The notes under the pieces were generated by a model that was not told the origin of the DNA, did not search any database, and saw only the letters and a program-made list of their open reading frames with translations. Positions 7,825 to 17,057 of a stretch of DNA of 30,021 nucleotides are shown piece by piece (position 1 is the first letter of the stretch; every line of letters starts with the position of its first letter). The stretch spans positions 1-30,021 of the IMG/VR virus record IMGVR_UViG_3300025543_000136. One strand, 5' to 3'. This stretch comes from a virus (taxonomy: Duplodnaviria; Caudoviricetes). The position numbers and the translations under genes were made by a program.

Positions 7825-9240
7825 ATGGCTTCATCCTATGATAATGACTTACGCCTCAATGAAATGGCGACTGGCGATCAGTCGGGCGCATGGGGTACGG
7901 TCACAAACCTAAACTTAGAAATGATTGCGGAGGCGTTCAGCTACGGCACACGCGCTATTGCCAATGCCTCCACAGACAACATAACACTCGCGGATGGCGC
8001 ACTGGACGCTGACCGCAGTATGTATCTAAAGCTGACTGGTGGTGGTCAGGCTTGCACAGTAACATTTTTGCCAGCAACCATCTCAAAGGTCTGGCTGATT
8101 GAGAATGCTACAAGCTACACTCTGACATTCACCCAAGGATCAAATGGTGCAAATGTTGCAGTGCTTGCTGGTCAGGTCAAAATGATAGCCACAGACGGTG
8201 GTGGCAGCACAAACGGCGTTGTCTACGATTTATTTACAGATGTAAATTTTGCTGGAACAACACATTTTGACAATATTGATGTAGACGGCACAACTAATCT
8301 TGATGCTGTTGATATTGATGGCGCAGTTCAGCTAGACGCAACTCTGACTGTAGGTGCTAACGACCAAGGCTATGACGTTACCTTGCACGGCGATACTGCT
8401 GATAGGAATGTTGTTTGGGATAGTAGTGCTAACTCACTTATATTTGCTGACTCAACCTCTGCAAAGTTCGGAAATAACGAAGATTTGCAAATTTATCACA
8501 ATGGCTCTGATAGCTATGTAGATGATGCTGGAACAGGTGGGCTAATCCTTCGTGGCAATGCCGCAGTGACCATTGGCAAGCACACTGGTGAAACAATGGG
8601 TTATTTTGTAGCTGACGGTGCAGTTACTCTTTATCATGACAATGCAGCTAAAATAGCTACAACAGCCACTGGGGTAGAAGTCACTGGCGCAGCAACAGTA
8701 GGCGGCGCATCGGTCAAAGTTGCTGGTAAAGAGACGATATATGTCCCAGCAGTTGCTATGTATGCCTCGACAACAAATGGTTGCGCAGGGCCAGAGCAAG
8801 TTGAAACAACAGCTTTGCGTCCTGATTTAAAAGTTTTGGACTTTGCGGCTGATGCGGATGATTTTGCTCAGTTTGCTGTAGCCATGCCTAAGTCTTGGAA
8901 CGAAGGAACTGTTACCTTTCAGCCTTTCTGGACTGTGACAGGCACAAATACAGGCACAGTGGCTTGGCAATTGGCAGGCATCGCTGTTAGCAACGATGAC
9001 ACCATAAACACAGCATTTGGCACTCAAGTGGCGACTACTGCTCTTGCATTCTCTGGCACGTCAAATGACTTGATGGTTAGCGCAGAAAGTGGCGCAGTGA
9101 CAATCGCAGGAAGCCCAGCCGCAAATGATATGTGCTTTTTTCAGATTAATCGTGACACTAGCGCGGATGATCAAACAGGAAATGCAAGGCTCTTGGGTGT
9201 AAAAATATTCTTTACTACAGACGCAGCAAATGATGCATAG
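7825..9240 (+). CDS. tail fibre/spike protein
   Basis: N-terminal anchor (MATGDQSGAWGTVTNLN), beta-repeat shaft (IDVDGTTNLDAVDIDG, DLQIYHNGSDSY) and globular C-terminal domain (MPKSWNEGTVTFQPFW). Confidence 0.8.
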   Translation: MASSYDNDLRLNEMATGDQSGAWGTVTNLNLEMIAEAFSYGTRAIANASTDNITLADGALDADRSMYLKLTGGGQACTVTFLPATISKVWLIENATSYTLTFTQGSNGANVAVLAGQVKMIATDGGGSTNGVVYDLFTDVNFAGTTHFDNIDVDGTTNLDAVDIDGAVQLDATLTVGANDQGYDVTLHGDTADRNVVWDSSANSLIFADSTSAKFGNNEDLQIYHNGSDSYVDDAGTGGLILRGNAAVTIGKHTGETMGYFVADGAVTLYHDNAAKIATTATGVEVTGAATVGGASVKVAGKETIYVPAVAMYASTTNGCAGPEQVETTALRPDLKVLDFAADADDFAQFAVAMPKSWNEGTVTFQPFWTVTGTNTGTVAWQLAGIAVSNDDTINTAFGTQVATTALAFSGTSNDLMVSAESGAVTIAGSPAANDMCFFQINRDTSADDQTGNARLLGVKIFFTTDAANDA

Positions 9241-9249
9241 GAGGGAAAA

Positions 9250-9969
9250 TTGACTGGTTTTGGAATTAATGTTTTAGGGTTTGGTGGTGTTGGCAGTACA
9301 AACCCACCATTTACTTCTCAAGTGTTCACAAGTGGTGGAACATACACTCCAACTCCTGGAGCTAGGTCTGCACTTTTTATGGCGTTTGGTTCCAGAGGAG
9401 CAGGTCCAGGAGGGGCAACTTCTTATGCTGGGGGTGGTGGTGGCTATGGAGAAAAATATGTTTCTAGCTTAAACTCTAGCTACAGCATATCAGCTTCCGC
9501 TGGGGGGACTTGTTCTGGTGGTGGTGCGTCAGCTTCTAGCACACCTAATTATAGTAGGAGTGGCAGTGGTGGATCAGGAGATTTTAGTGCATCTGGCGGC
9601 ACTGGCGGCACTGGGAATCCTTATTATGTTGATGCCCCAGGAGGCAGAGGGTGCGGTGGCGGCAGATGCGGAAATGGTGGCAGTGGCGGCAACCGCCCCA
9701 GCGGTCCAGGATCTGGGACTACTGGAGCGGTTCCAAATGGCGGGAATGAGACGGGTGGGGTTTATGACGTGTCACCATATGGGATAAATTTTTCTTACAG
9801 TCGAGCGGCCTCTCAAGTCCCAGTATACTCCTCTGATGGCACAGATCACGGAAATGCTTTGGCTAGCCATTGCAACACCGCTGCTGGTGGTACAACCAAT
9901 GCAGGTCAGCCAGGATGGTCAAGCACTGGTGCAAAAGTTGGTGCTGTTCTGATTTTAGAGTTTTACTAA
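9250..9969 (+). CDS. glycine-rich fibre-associated/receptor-binding protein
   Basis: TTG start after GGAGGG. GFG..VLGFG N-terminus, VFTSGGTYTP and poly-Gly tracts typical of phage Gly-rich domains. Confidence 0.7.
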   Translation: MTGFGINVLGFGGVGSTNPPFTSQVFTSGGTYTPTPGARSALFMAFGSRGAGPGGATSYAGGGGGYGEKYVSSLNSSYSISASAGGTCSGGGASASSTPNYSRSGSGGSGDFSASGGTGGTGNPYYVDAPGGRGCGGGRCGNGGSGGNRPSGPGSGTTGAVPNGGNETGGVYDVSPYGINFSYSRAASQVPVYSSDGTDHGNALASHCNTAAGGTTNAGQPGWSSTGAKVGAVLILEFY

Positions 9970-10229
9970 TGACGCTTGATAGGGGAAATATGGTGTACGT
10001 TCCAGTTGTAAAAAAATCGGATAACTCTGTTGAAAACTTCATCGACCAAGGTGACACACTTTCAAACAATGCTGTTAAGCCATTCAGTGAGGAAGACTAT
10101 TTTCTTGGTACAAAAGCGTATTCTGAGCTTGAGCAGTTAAGACCAGACAGTGTTGATCTTCCAGCAGCCGTAAGGTGGAATCCAACAACCGAAAATATTG
10201 AGTGGTATACTGTTGAAAGTTCTGAGTAA
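9969..10229 (+). CDS. hypothetical protein, possibly fibre assembly chaperone
   Basis: Start moved to ATG 9969 (TAATG overlap). 86 aa, acidic, lies after the fibre genes. Confidence 0.6.
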   Translation: MTLDRGNMVYVPVVKKSDNSVENFIDQGDTLSNNAVKPFSEEDYFLGTKAYSELEQLRPDSVDLPAAVRWNPTTENIEWYTVESSE

Positions 10230-10423
10230 TGGATAAACGCACAGTGGCCTCTGCACATAGCAGAATTGATGATCTGAATGTCACCTTTGCATCTCTTCGC
10301 ACAGAGGTGACTATACAGCACAAAGAGCTATTTACGAGGGTGAAGCGTTTAGAGGCGATTATGATCGGTGCCAGTGCGGCTATAATCGTGATGCTGATGA
10401 CTGTACTAACAAAAATGGGATAA
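10229..10423 (+). CDS. small coiled-coil protein with C-terminal TM (XhlA-like lysis accessory)
   Basis: SAHSRIDD...RVKRLE followed by hydrophobic IMIGASAAIIVMLMTVL. Confidence 0.68.
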   Translation: MDKRTVASAHSRIDDLNVTFASLRTEVTIQHKELFTRVKRLEAIMIGASAAIIVMLMTVLTKMG

Positions 10424-10427
10424 AACT

Positions 10428-10631
10428 ATGACACCAGAGACGTTTGATAAACTCAAAGTTTTGCCGCGCCTGATGATGCTGGCTGTCACGGTGCTAACAT
10501 ATCAAAGTGTTCACTGGTTTATGTCCATACCTCCTGATCAAGTGACCAACGCACAGGCTGGACTCGTATCTGTGTGCATGGGTGCATTGACTGGCTGTTT
10601 TGGCATCTTCATTAATGGAGAAAAAACATGA
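10428..10631 (+). CDS. small 2-TM membrane protein, holin-like
   Basis: Two hydrophobic segments (LPRLMMLAVTVL, AGLVSVCMGALTGCFGIF), within the lysis cassette. Confidence 0.68.
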   Translation: MTPETFDKLKVLPRLMMLAVTVLTYQSVHWFMSIPPDQVTNAQAGLVSVCMGALTGCFGIFINGEKT

Positions 10632-11086
10632 TGGCATTGCTCGGAAGTTTGCTCGGGTTCGGGAGTTCTTTTCTCCCTGAGGTTTTGGGATATTTCAAAG
10701 CCAACCAGCAGCAGAAACATCGCATGGAAATGATGCAGCTCGAAACAGAGCTCGCTCAAAAACGCTCTGAGATGAAGCTAGTGGAGCTAGACAAGCAAGC
10801 CGACATAGCAGAAACGAAAGGTTTGTATGAACATGACCGATCTATCGATGCTGGAGGATTTATCAACGCTCTTCGGGGTTCTGTGCGTCCTGTCATTACT
10901 TATGCCTTTTTCGGACTGTTCGTAGCTACGAAGGTGGTCATCATGGTTAAGGTTGGGCAGTCAGGTGGTGACTGGACAGAGGCTGTTGAGCTGATGTGGG
11001 ATCCTGAGACTGCAGGATTGATGTCTGCGGTGTTGGCGTTCTGGTTCGGAAACAGAGCAATTTCTAAATATGCGAGGACCAGCTGA
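10628..11086 (+). CDS. holin (GTA 3TM holin-like)
   Basis: LRGSVRPVITY...AVLAFWFGNR pattern with TM helices, directly upstream of the endolysin. Confidence 0.75.
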   Translation: MMALLGSLLGFGSSFLPEVLGYFKANQQQKHRMEMMQLETELAQKRSEMKLVELDKQADIAETKGLYEHDRSIDAGGFINALRGSVRPVITYAFFGLFVATKVVIMVKVGQSGGDWTEAVELMWDPETAGLMSAVLAFWFGNRAISKYARTS

Positions 11087-11538
11087 TGGGATATAAATTA
11101 GGCAAAGGAAGTCTTTCTAAGTTAGAAGGAATCGACGATCGCATGGCGACTGTCGTCAAGTATGCCATCGGTGTTACCAAGCAAGACTTTTCAGTCATTT
11201 GTGGGTTGAGAACAATCGAAGAGCAGCGTGCTCTCGTGGCCAAGGGTGCCAGCCAGACCATGAATAGCAAGCACATAGGCGGTCATGCTGTTGACTTGAT
11301 GGCTTATATTGATGGTGGTCGGTGGGAGCTTAACCTTTACGACGAGATTGCTGATGCCATGAAAGAAGCTGCTGCAGCCTCTGGAGTGAAGATCAAGTGG
11401 GGCGCAGCTTGGACAGTCGACTCTCTTGGAGATTGGGAAGGAACTGCAGAGAATGCAATGAATTCTTATGTTGACCTGCGAAGATCACAGGGCCGTAGGC
11501 CATTCATTGATGCACCTCACTTCGAGTTGGTCTTATAG
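11086..11538 (+). CDS. endolysin, peptidase M15 family (L-Ala-D-Glu peptidase-like)
   Basis: GLRTIEEQ, SKHIGGHAVD (HxxxxxxD) and DAPHFEL zinc-peptidase motifs. Confidence 0.9.
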   Translation: MGYKLGKGSLSKLEGIDDRMATVVKYAIGVTKQDFSVICGLRTIEEQRALVAKGASQTMNSKHIGGHAVDLMAYIDGGRWELNLYDEIADAMKEAAAASGVKIKWGAAWTVDSLGDWEGTAENAMNSYVDLRRSQGRRPFIDAPHFELVL

Positions 11539-11539
11539 C

Positions 11540-13459
11540 ATGGCTCTCGCTCTCATACAATACAATCCAGGAGTTGTGAAAGACTCCACCGAGTATGGGG
11601 CAGGGAAAGCTGGGCCTTTCTGGGTGGACAGCGATCTCGTTCGTTTCGTTAATGGATATCCAGAAAAGATCGGTGGCTGGCAAAAAAGTGATATTTATTC
11701 TCTTGAGCCAGATGGAGATCCGAGCGGAAACAAGACAGCCATATCTGGGATATGCAGGCGCATGGTTTCTTGGCGGGGGATAATTGATGGTGTTGATCGG
11801 GTTGCAGTCAGCACAAATAATCATTTATACATTATTGAGAATGACGCACTGTACGATATTACACCGTTGCGGAAAACAACTTCAAACCTCACCAACCCAC
11901 TCACCACAGTCAATGGCAGTACAACAATAACGGTGACAGACAATAGCCATGGCGTCACCACAGGTGATTTTGTTGTTATTAACTCTGCATCTGCGACAGG
12001 AGGCATCCCAGCCGACACGCTCAACAGAATGTCTGGCTATCAAGTCACACTCGTTAATGCCAACACATACACAATTGTATCTCCGACTGCAGCTAGCAGC
12101 GGTGCAACTGGTGGCGGCACTGCGATCGACATAAAATATTTAATCGGGAGTGCTGAAAATCTTGGGATACAAAGCTCTGTCCCTGCTCTTGGCTGGGGAA
12201 TAGGGGGCTGGAGTCTAGGAGGCTGGAATGAACCCAGAACTGTGTCTGACGCAACAATAAACCTAGAGAATTCTTCTTGGAGTCTTAATCTCTGGGGAGA
12301 AGATGTGATTGCAACTTTGCGCAATGGGGCAATTTTTTATTGGGACACCTCTGCTGGGGTGGCGACTAGAGCTGTATCAGTTTCTAGCATCTCTGGGTCT
12401 GCAAGTGTTCCAGCAGTCAATAGAGTGACAACTGTGAGCTTCCCAGATCGACACTTCATTGTTGCTGGGGCCAGCATTTATGATCCTTCTGATGGGTCAT
12501 CTGGGGATTTTGACCCAATGTTGGTGCGTTGGTCAACTCAGGAAGACTTTACGAAATTTGCTCCCACAGCACTTAACACAGCTGGCGATCAAAGGCTTGA
12601 GGTTGGAACTAAAATTGTCTCGGTAATAAGCAATAGAGAAGAAACAATAATCAGCACTGATGAGGCTGTTTATGGAATGACATTTGTTGGTGCTCCATTT
12701 ATATTCTCTTTCCGACTCCTCGCAACTGGGGCAGGGTCTGCAGGAATAAATTGCATGATATCCGTCGATGGGACTGCTTATTGGATGGCTAATAAGTCTT
12801 TCTATTTTTATGATGGGGTTGTTAAGGAAATTCCTTGCCCTGTCAAGCACTATGTTTTCGACAGGCTCCAATCAAGATTCATCGACAAAACTGCTGTTGG
12901 CCACAATGTTGAGTTTAATGAGGTGTACTGGTTTTACGTTTCAAACCAAAACACAACAGAAGATCCAGACAATCCTGAGCCAGATAGTTATGTAGTTTAT
13001 AATTACGCTGAGAATGCTTGGGTTGTTGGTTCTATGGACAGGACTGTCTGGAATGATGCATTTGGAGTTAGAGAAAAGCCATTTGCATTTTCTTCAGAAG
13101 GCTTCTTGTATAACCAAGAAACAGGAACCAGCGATGATGGTTCGGCTATGAATGCTTTTATTGAAGGCTCACCAAGAGAGTTGTCGGCTGAAGGGAATAA
13201 TCTTTACATGATCGATAGAATAATCCCAGACATCACAATGGGTGCTAACAGCAACATTTCAGTTTTCATGAATTCTAGGAAATTCCCTAATGCTCCGGAA
13301 ACGACAAAAGGACCATTTAACATTACTTCTTCGACGCAAAAAATAAACACCAGAGTTAAAGGCAGACAGATATCTTTTAAGTTCCAAAGCACAGGGACTC
13401 AAGATGAGTGGCAGCTCGGCAATTTTAGGATAGACACAAAACAAGCGGGGCCAAGATGA
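11540..13459 (+). CDS. tail nozzle/stabilisation protein (P22 gp10/T7 gp12-like)
   Basis: Start moved to ATG 11540. 639-aa beta-propeller-like protein (WVDSDLVRF..GYPEKIGGW, VRWSTQED, FNEVYWFY, RVKGRQISFK) with a Thr-rich beta insert. Confidence 0.78.
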   Translation: MALALIQYNPGVVKDSTEYGAGKAGPFWVDSDLVRFVNGYPEKIGGWQKSDIYSLEPDGDPSGNKTAISGICRRMVSWRGIIDGVDRVAVSTNNHLYIIENDALYDITPLRKTTSNLTNPLTTVNGSTTITVTDNSHGVTTGDFVVINSASATGGIPADTLNRMSGYQVTLVNANTYTIVSPTAASSGATGGGTAIDIKYLIGSAENLGIQSSVPALGWGIGGWSLGGWNEPRTVSDATINLENSSWSLNLWGEDVIATLRNGAIFYWDTSAGVATRAVSVSSISGSASVPAVNRVTTVSFPDRHFIVAGASIYDPSDGSSGDFDPMLVRWSTQEDFTKFAPTALNTAGDQRLEVGTKIVSVISNREETIISTDEAVYGMTFVGAPFIFSFRLLATGAGSAGINCMISVDGTAYWMANKSFYFYDGVVKEIPCPVKHYVFDRLQSRFIDKTAVGHNVEFNEVYWFYVSNQNTTEDPDNPEPDSYVVYNYAENAWVVGSMDRTVWNDAFGVREKPFAFSSEGFLYNQETGTSDDGSAMNAFIEGSPRELSAEGNNLYMIDRIIPDITMGANSNISVFMNSRKFPNAPETTKGPFNITSSTQKINTRVKGRQISFKFQSTGTQDEWQLGNFRIDTKQAGPR

Positions 13460-13641
13460 CGACCGCAGCACCTCTGGCAGTTTTAAGACTGCCATCACCA
13501 CCAGACAAATATCAACAGGGATATATGTCTCGTCTGACTAATACTCTTGAGCTAGAGAAGCAAGCATCATATTTTGCAAATGCAAGCAACATTAACACTT
13601 CCGTCGAACAGGCTGAAGCCACAGCGTGGTTCATTGGGTAA
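13456..13641 (+). CDS. small virion protein
   Basis: ATGA overlap. LPSPP..Y...Y motif and C-terminal WF, coupled to the next gene. Confidence 0.65.
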   Translation: MTTAAPLAVLRLPSPPDKYQQGYMSRLTNTLELEKQASYFANASNINTSVEQAEATAWFIG

Positions 13642-13970
13642 TGGCTAACAATTACAAAAACGCGAAAGTTGATTTGACGGGAACAGGAGTTACTGTCCTT
13701 TATACAGCTCCTAGCGCGACCACCACATTGATCAAGTCATTGCTTGTTTCTGAAGACAGCGGCAATGCTGACACAATAACCGTCACAATAACAGATGCAG
13801 CAGCCTCCCCTGCGGTATTCTCTTTATTTAAAGTCAAGGCTGTGGATGCTAATGCAACTGTTGAGCTTTTGACGCAGCCTTTGGTTGTGCAAGAAGATGA
13901 GATAATCAAGGTCAACGCAGCCACAGGAAACAGGTTGCACGTTGTGGCGTCATTGCTGGAGATAACTTAA
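13641..13970 (+). CDS. virion structural protein
   Basis: Start moved to ATG 13641 (TAATG). MANNYKNAKVDL, LYTAP and SLLEIT, all-beta character. Confidence 0.7.
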   Translation: MANNYKNAKVDLTGTGVTVLYTAPSATTTLIKSLLVSEDSGNADTITVTITDAAASPAVFSLFKVKAVDANATVELLTQPLVVQEDEIIKVNAATGNRLHVVASLLEIT

Positions 13971-14020
13971 TGATTTACTACTCACACAATATAAACTAAA
14001 AATAGTCAAAGGAATCTTTC

Positions 14021-15298
14021 ATGGCTACAGCAGGTGCATTGACAGGACTGACAGGCGGGACGACTGAAGAGGAGTCTGTGCCTGTTGAATACGGTGTTTT
14101 TCAGAACACCACAGTCCAGAATCCAGACTCTGATTTAATGAATTATGGCACCGCAGCTGTTCCAACTCTGACTTGGGTGACTCAGATCCAAACAGGTGAG
14201 CGGAGTTTTGATCCGAGCAGCCAGTTCGACAACTCGATGCTTGAGGAATATCAAAAGCTAGTCGACTCTCAAGGCCAACCAACAGGCATGATGGGTCCAG
14301 GACAGATAAGCAAACAAGTCACTGGAGACATTGTCAGCCAAGTTGGCCAAACAATCGGAGCCTCAGCTGGGGCTGCATTGGTTGATCCATATATGTCGGG
14401 AGATGCTGGAGCCAAGCTGTTCGCAGGAGCCAAAGGTGCATTCGGAGACTTGCCTTCTGATATTGTTGCAGACAGCACCAAAGCTGGTTACAAAATTTTA
14501 GAGACTGGGTTGTCTGACAATGCAGTTTATTACCCAGAGCTTTCGAACAAAGCCACAGCCGCAGCAACTGGCAATCAGGCTGCTTACGATGCGCTCAAAG
14601 ACAGCTCAGAAGTTGTCAATGGCAGGAGAGTTTATGAGGCTGGTGCGCTTGACAGATTGCCAGACGGTGTTGAAAGTAACATAGCAGCAGACGCAATAAC
14701 CTCATCTTCAACAGCACCAACATTCTTTGAAGGTGTGGGCAATAGGCTCTGGGGCGAAGGTGCCAAGGCCAACTGGAGTGCGGCTGGCGGTGCTGGTTTG
14801 GTTTCATTCGGTGTCAACTTGCTCATGGGAAAGAAGCCCAAAGAGGCAGCTAAGTCTGCGGGAGCTTCTGCGATCGGCATGGCTCTCGGAAATGCGATCT
14901 TGCCAGGAATTGGTGGAGTTGTCGGCAGCATGTTGGGTGGTGCTTTGGGTGGCAGAGTGATATGCAATGAGTTGATGCGTCAAGGCTTGATGGACAGGCA
15001 GAGCGTGATCCTTGACTATCGCTTCACGAGAGACTATCTTTCCCCGCGACACGTCAATGGTTATCATATCTGGGCAGTGTGGATGGTCAAGCAAATGCGC
15101 AAAGGCCGATTCGTTGGTCTTTGGAAGCACCTAGCCCAACACAGGTCGAATGAGATTGCTTACATATATGGCAAAAGATCCAAGCCAGATTACTTAGGCA
15201 AGGTTTATCGGAAGATGCTAGAGCCAACATGCTGGATTGTTGGTGGATTCACAACCAAGACAGATTGGTCTGTTCTTTACAAAGCGAAGGAAATTTAA
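14021..15298 (+). CDS. putative internal/ejection protein with glycine zipper and Cys-initiated C-terminal domain
   Basis: Acidic Gly/Ala-rich body, GxxxG zipper, then the RVICNEL...GYHIW basic/aromatic domain. Confidence 0.65.
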   Translation: MATAGALTGLTGGTTEEESVPVEYGVFQNTTVQNPDSDLMNYGTAAVPTLTWVTQIQTGERSFDPSSQFDNSMLEEYQKLVDSQGQPTGMMGPGQISKQVTGDIVSQVGQTIGASAGAALVDPYMSGDAGAKLFAGAKGAFGDLPSDIVADSTKAGYKILETGLSDNAVYYPELSNKATAAATGNQAAYDALKDSSEVVNGRRVYEAGALDRLPDGVESNIAADAITSSSTAPTFFEGVGNRLWGEGAKANWSAAGGAGLVSFGVNLLMGKKPKEAAKSAGASAIGMALGNAILPGIGGVVGSMLGGALGGRVICNELMRQGLMDRQSVILDYRFTRDYLSPRHVNGYHIWAVWMVKQMRKGRFVGLWKHLAQHRSNEIAYIYGKRSKPDYLGKVYRKMLEPTCWIVGGFTTKTDWSVLYKAKEI

Positions 15299-15598
15299 AT
15301 GGCTGAGCAAATGCCTGATATGCGTGGAGCGAACATGGGCCCAGATGCTGGGATGGATCCACGAGCACGAGAAGCAATGATGCAACCAGACGAAGAGATA
15401 GCAGCTGTTCTTCTGGCACGACTGACCAACATGTCTCCTCAAGAGTTGCAGATGCTTGATAAAGTTATCACTCCTGAAGTTGCACGCATCTTAACTAAGC
15501 TGCTCCCAGAGCTTGCACAGCTCATCGATGCAGTTGAAGGCCAACAGGCAGCTCCTCAACAGGCAGCTCCTCAGATGGGTGCTTTGGGCGGTATGTGA
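15299..15598 (+). CDS. small acidic Met/Gln-rich helical protein
   Basis: 99-aa ORF abutting both neighbours. Confidence 0.7.
   Translation: MAEQMPDMRGANMGPDAGMDPRAREAMMQPDEEIAAVLLARLTNMSPQELQMLDKVITPEVARILTKLLPELAQLIDAVEGQQAAPQQAAPQMGALGGM
15542..15571 (+). repeat. 15-bp perfect tandem duplication
   Basis: CAACAGGCAGCTCCT twice, in frame, encoding QQAAP-QQAAP. Confidence 0.9.
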
Positions 15599-16038
15599 TG
15601 GATGTTAGGAGAGCTGGGCCACTCGATATATCGGCGATTATTGCGCTTCTTATGGAAATGCATAAAAACACCGAGATTCCCGTCTCTCCGATAAGCAGTG
15701 AAAAGCTGGTCGCTAAGATCAGCGAAGCAATACACAGAGGCATAGTGTTCGTGGCAATAGACGAAAAAAACAAAATATCAGGCTCAATCGGAGGAACCAT
15801 CGGCACTGACTGGTGGTCTGAGGAAAGACATCTTTCTGATATGTGGTTTTATGTTTCTGAGGCCAGTCGCAAGACTCGGGTTGCTTACGAGTTGGTCAAA
15901 AACTTTATAAGTGTTGCGAAAGATGCTAATGTGCCTGTGCGGTTGGGGCATGTTTTCTCCGGAGACATAGACCGCAAGGACAATTTTTTTAAAAGACTTG
16001 GCCTAGTGAAAGCTGGGTCTTTATTCGTGGGGACGTAA
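15598..16038 (+). CDS. GNAT-family acyltransferase
   Basis: VRRA...DI.AI..L, VFVA......ISG, WFYVSEASRKTRVAYELV (motif A) and FFKRLG (motif B). Confidence 0.85.
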   Translation: MDVRRAGPLDISAIIALLMEMHKNTEIPVSPISSEKLVAKISEAIHRGIVFVAIDEKNKISGSIGGTIGTDWWSEERHLSDMWFYVSEASRKTRVAYELVKNFISVAKDANVPVRLGHVFSGDIDRKDNFFKRLGLVKAGSLFVGT

Positions 16039-16039
16039 A

Positions 16040-17047
16040 ATGGGTGGCGCATGTCAAAGCACAACAACGACACTTCCAACTTCTAGTTCGACTCTCTCAG
16101 GAACTGAGATTCCAGAGTGGGTGTCAGCTGGTGGCCGTATCCTTTTTGATCAAGCGATGGAGTTGGCCAAGAGTCCGTATCCTGAATATAGCGGTGCACG
16201 AATAGCGTCTTACACTGATCCAGAAACTGGGGAAGTCAGCAAGATGACTCCCGAAGAGCAACAGGCCATGGGAATCTTGCGAGATGACTCTGGTAGTTAT
16301 AAGACCTACCTCGATTCTGGTTATGAGGCTGCACAAGGTCTTGGCCAAGGTTACGACAAGCAATCTTACGACACTCTCATGGGCTCTGACTTCAGCTTAG
16401 AATCAGCTCAACCTTTCTTAGACATATACCAAGGTGCAGCAGACGCAGGAGTGCGTGAAGCAGAGCGTCAAACAAGACTCGGGCAGAATGATGCCAGAGC
16501 TGCAGCTGCGAGGGCAGGAGCTTTTGGAGGCTCGCGCCTCGGGGTTCAAGAGGCTTTGTTGGGTTCTGAAGGTGCCATGGTGGCGGGTGACTTGCGAGCC
16601 AAGGCCGCAGCTGAAGGATTAGGATTTGCAGCGACCAGATTTGACGCTGACAGAGCTGGCAGGATGGCCGCAGAGGACAGACAACGTCAAGGTTACGAGA
16701 CCGAAGAGGCTTCACGAGTTCGGGAGGCAGAGGCTTTGCAGTCTTATGCTCCGATGGTACAAGGACTACAAGAACAAGCTGCTGCTGGCCTCTTAGGGGT
16801 TGGCGAAGCTCGTCGGAAGCTAGACCAGTCCGCTCTTGACTTGGCGTTCACAGATTATACGGAACAGGCTCAATATCCTTACCAGCAACTAAACTTTGCG
16901 CTGGGTGCTCTCAAAGGTGTTCCGTATGAGCAAAGACAATTCTCCCTAGCTCAAGGCGAAACAACAGCACAAGCTCCATCAATATACGGTCAAACAATCG
17001 GTGGGCTAGGCTCTCTGGCGAGTGCGTATTACATGGGCAACAGATAA
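16040..17047 (+). CDS. DNA ejection/pilot protein
   Basis: MGG start with Thr/Ser tract, P.W, AGAFGGSR.GV motif, Ala/Gln helices and hydrophobic Gly-rich C-terminus. Confidence 0.72.
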   Translation: MGGACQSTTTTLPTSSSTLSGTEIPEWVSAGGRILFDQAMELAKSPYPEYSGARIASYTDPETGEVSKMTPEEQQAMGILRDDSGSYKTYLDSGYEAAQGLGQGYDKQSYDTLMGSDFSLESAQPFLDIYQGAADAGVREAERQTRLGQNDARAAAARAGAFGGSRLGVQEALLGSEGAMVAGDLRAKAAAEGLGFAATRFDADRAGRMAAEDRQRQGYETEEASRVREAEALQSYAPMVQGLQEQAAAGLLGVGEARRKLDQSALDLAFTDYTEQAQYPYQQLNFALGALKGVPYEQRQFSLAQGETTAQAPSIYGQTIGGLGSLASAYYMGNR

Positions 17048-17057
17048 GGAGCCTGAC

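Noticed and set aside
7825-9969. Possible diversity-generating retroelement or invertible fibre cassette
   Set aside because: No reverse transcriptase, invertase, TR/VR pair or flanking inverted repeats seen in the window.
11468-11539. Upstream extensions given by the ORF track (also at 9870, 13626, 17022, 24239 and 27356)
   Set aside because: Downstream ATGs have better RBSs or stop-start coupling, so the extensions are longest-ORF artefacts.
13971-14020. AT-rich spacer as a possible late promoter
   Set aside because: No convincing -35/-10 pair and no motif shared with other late spacers.
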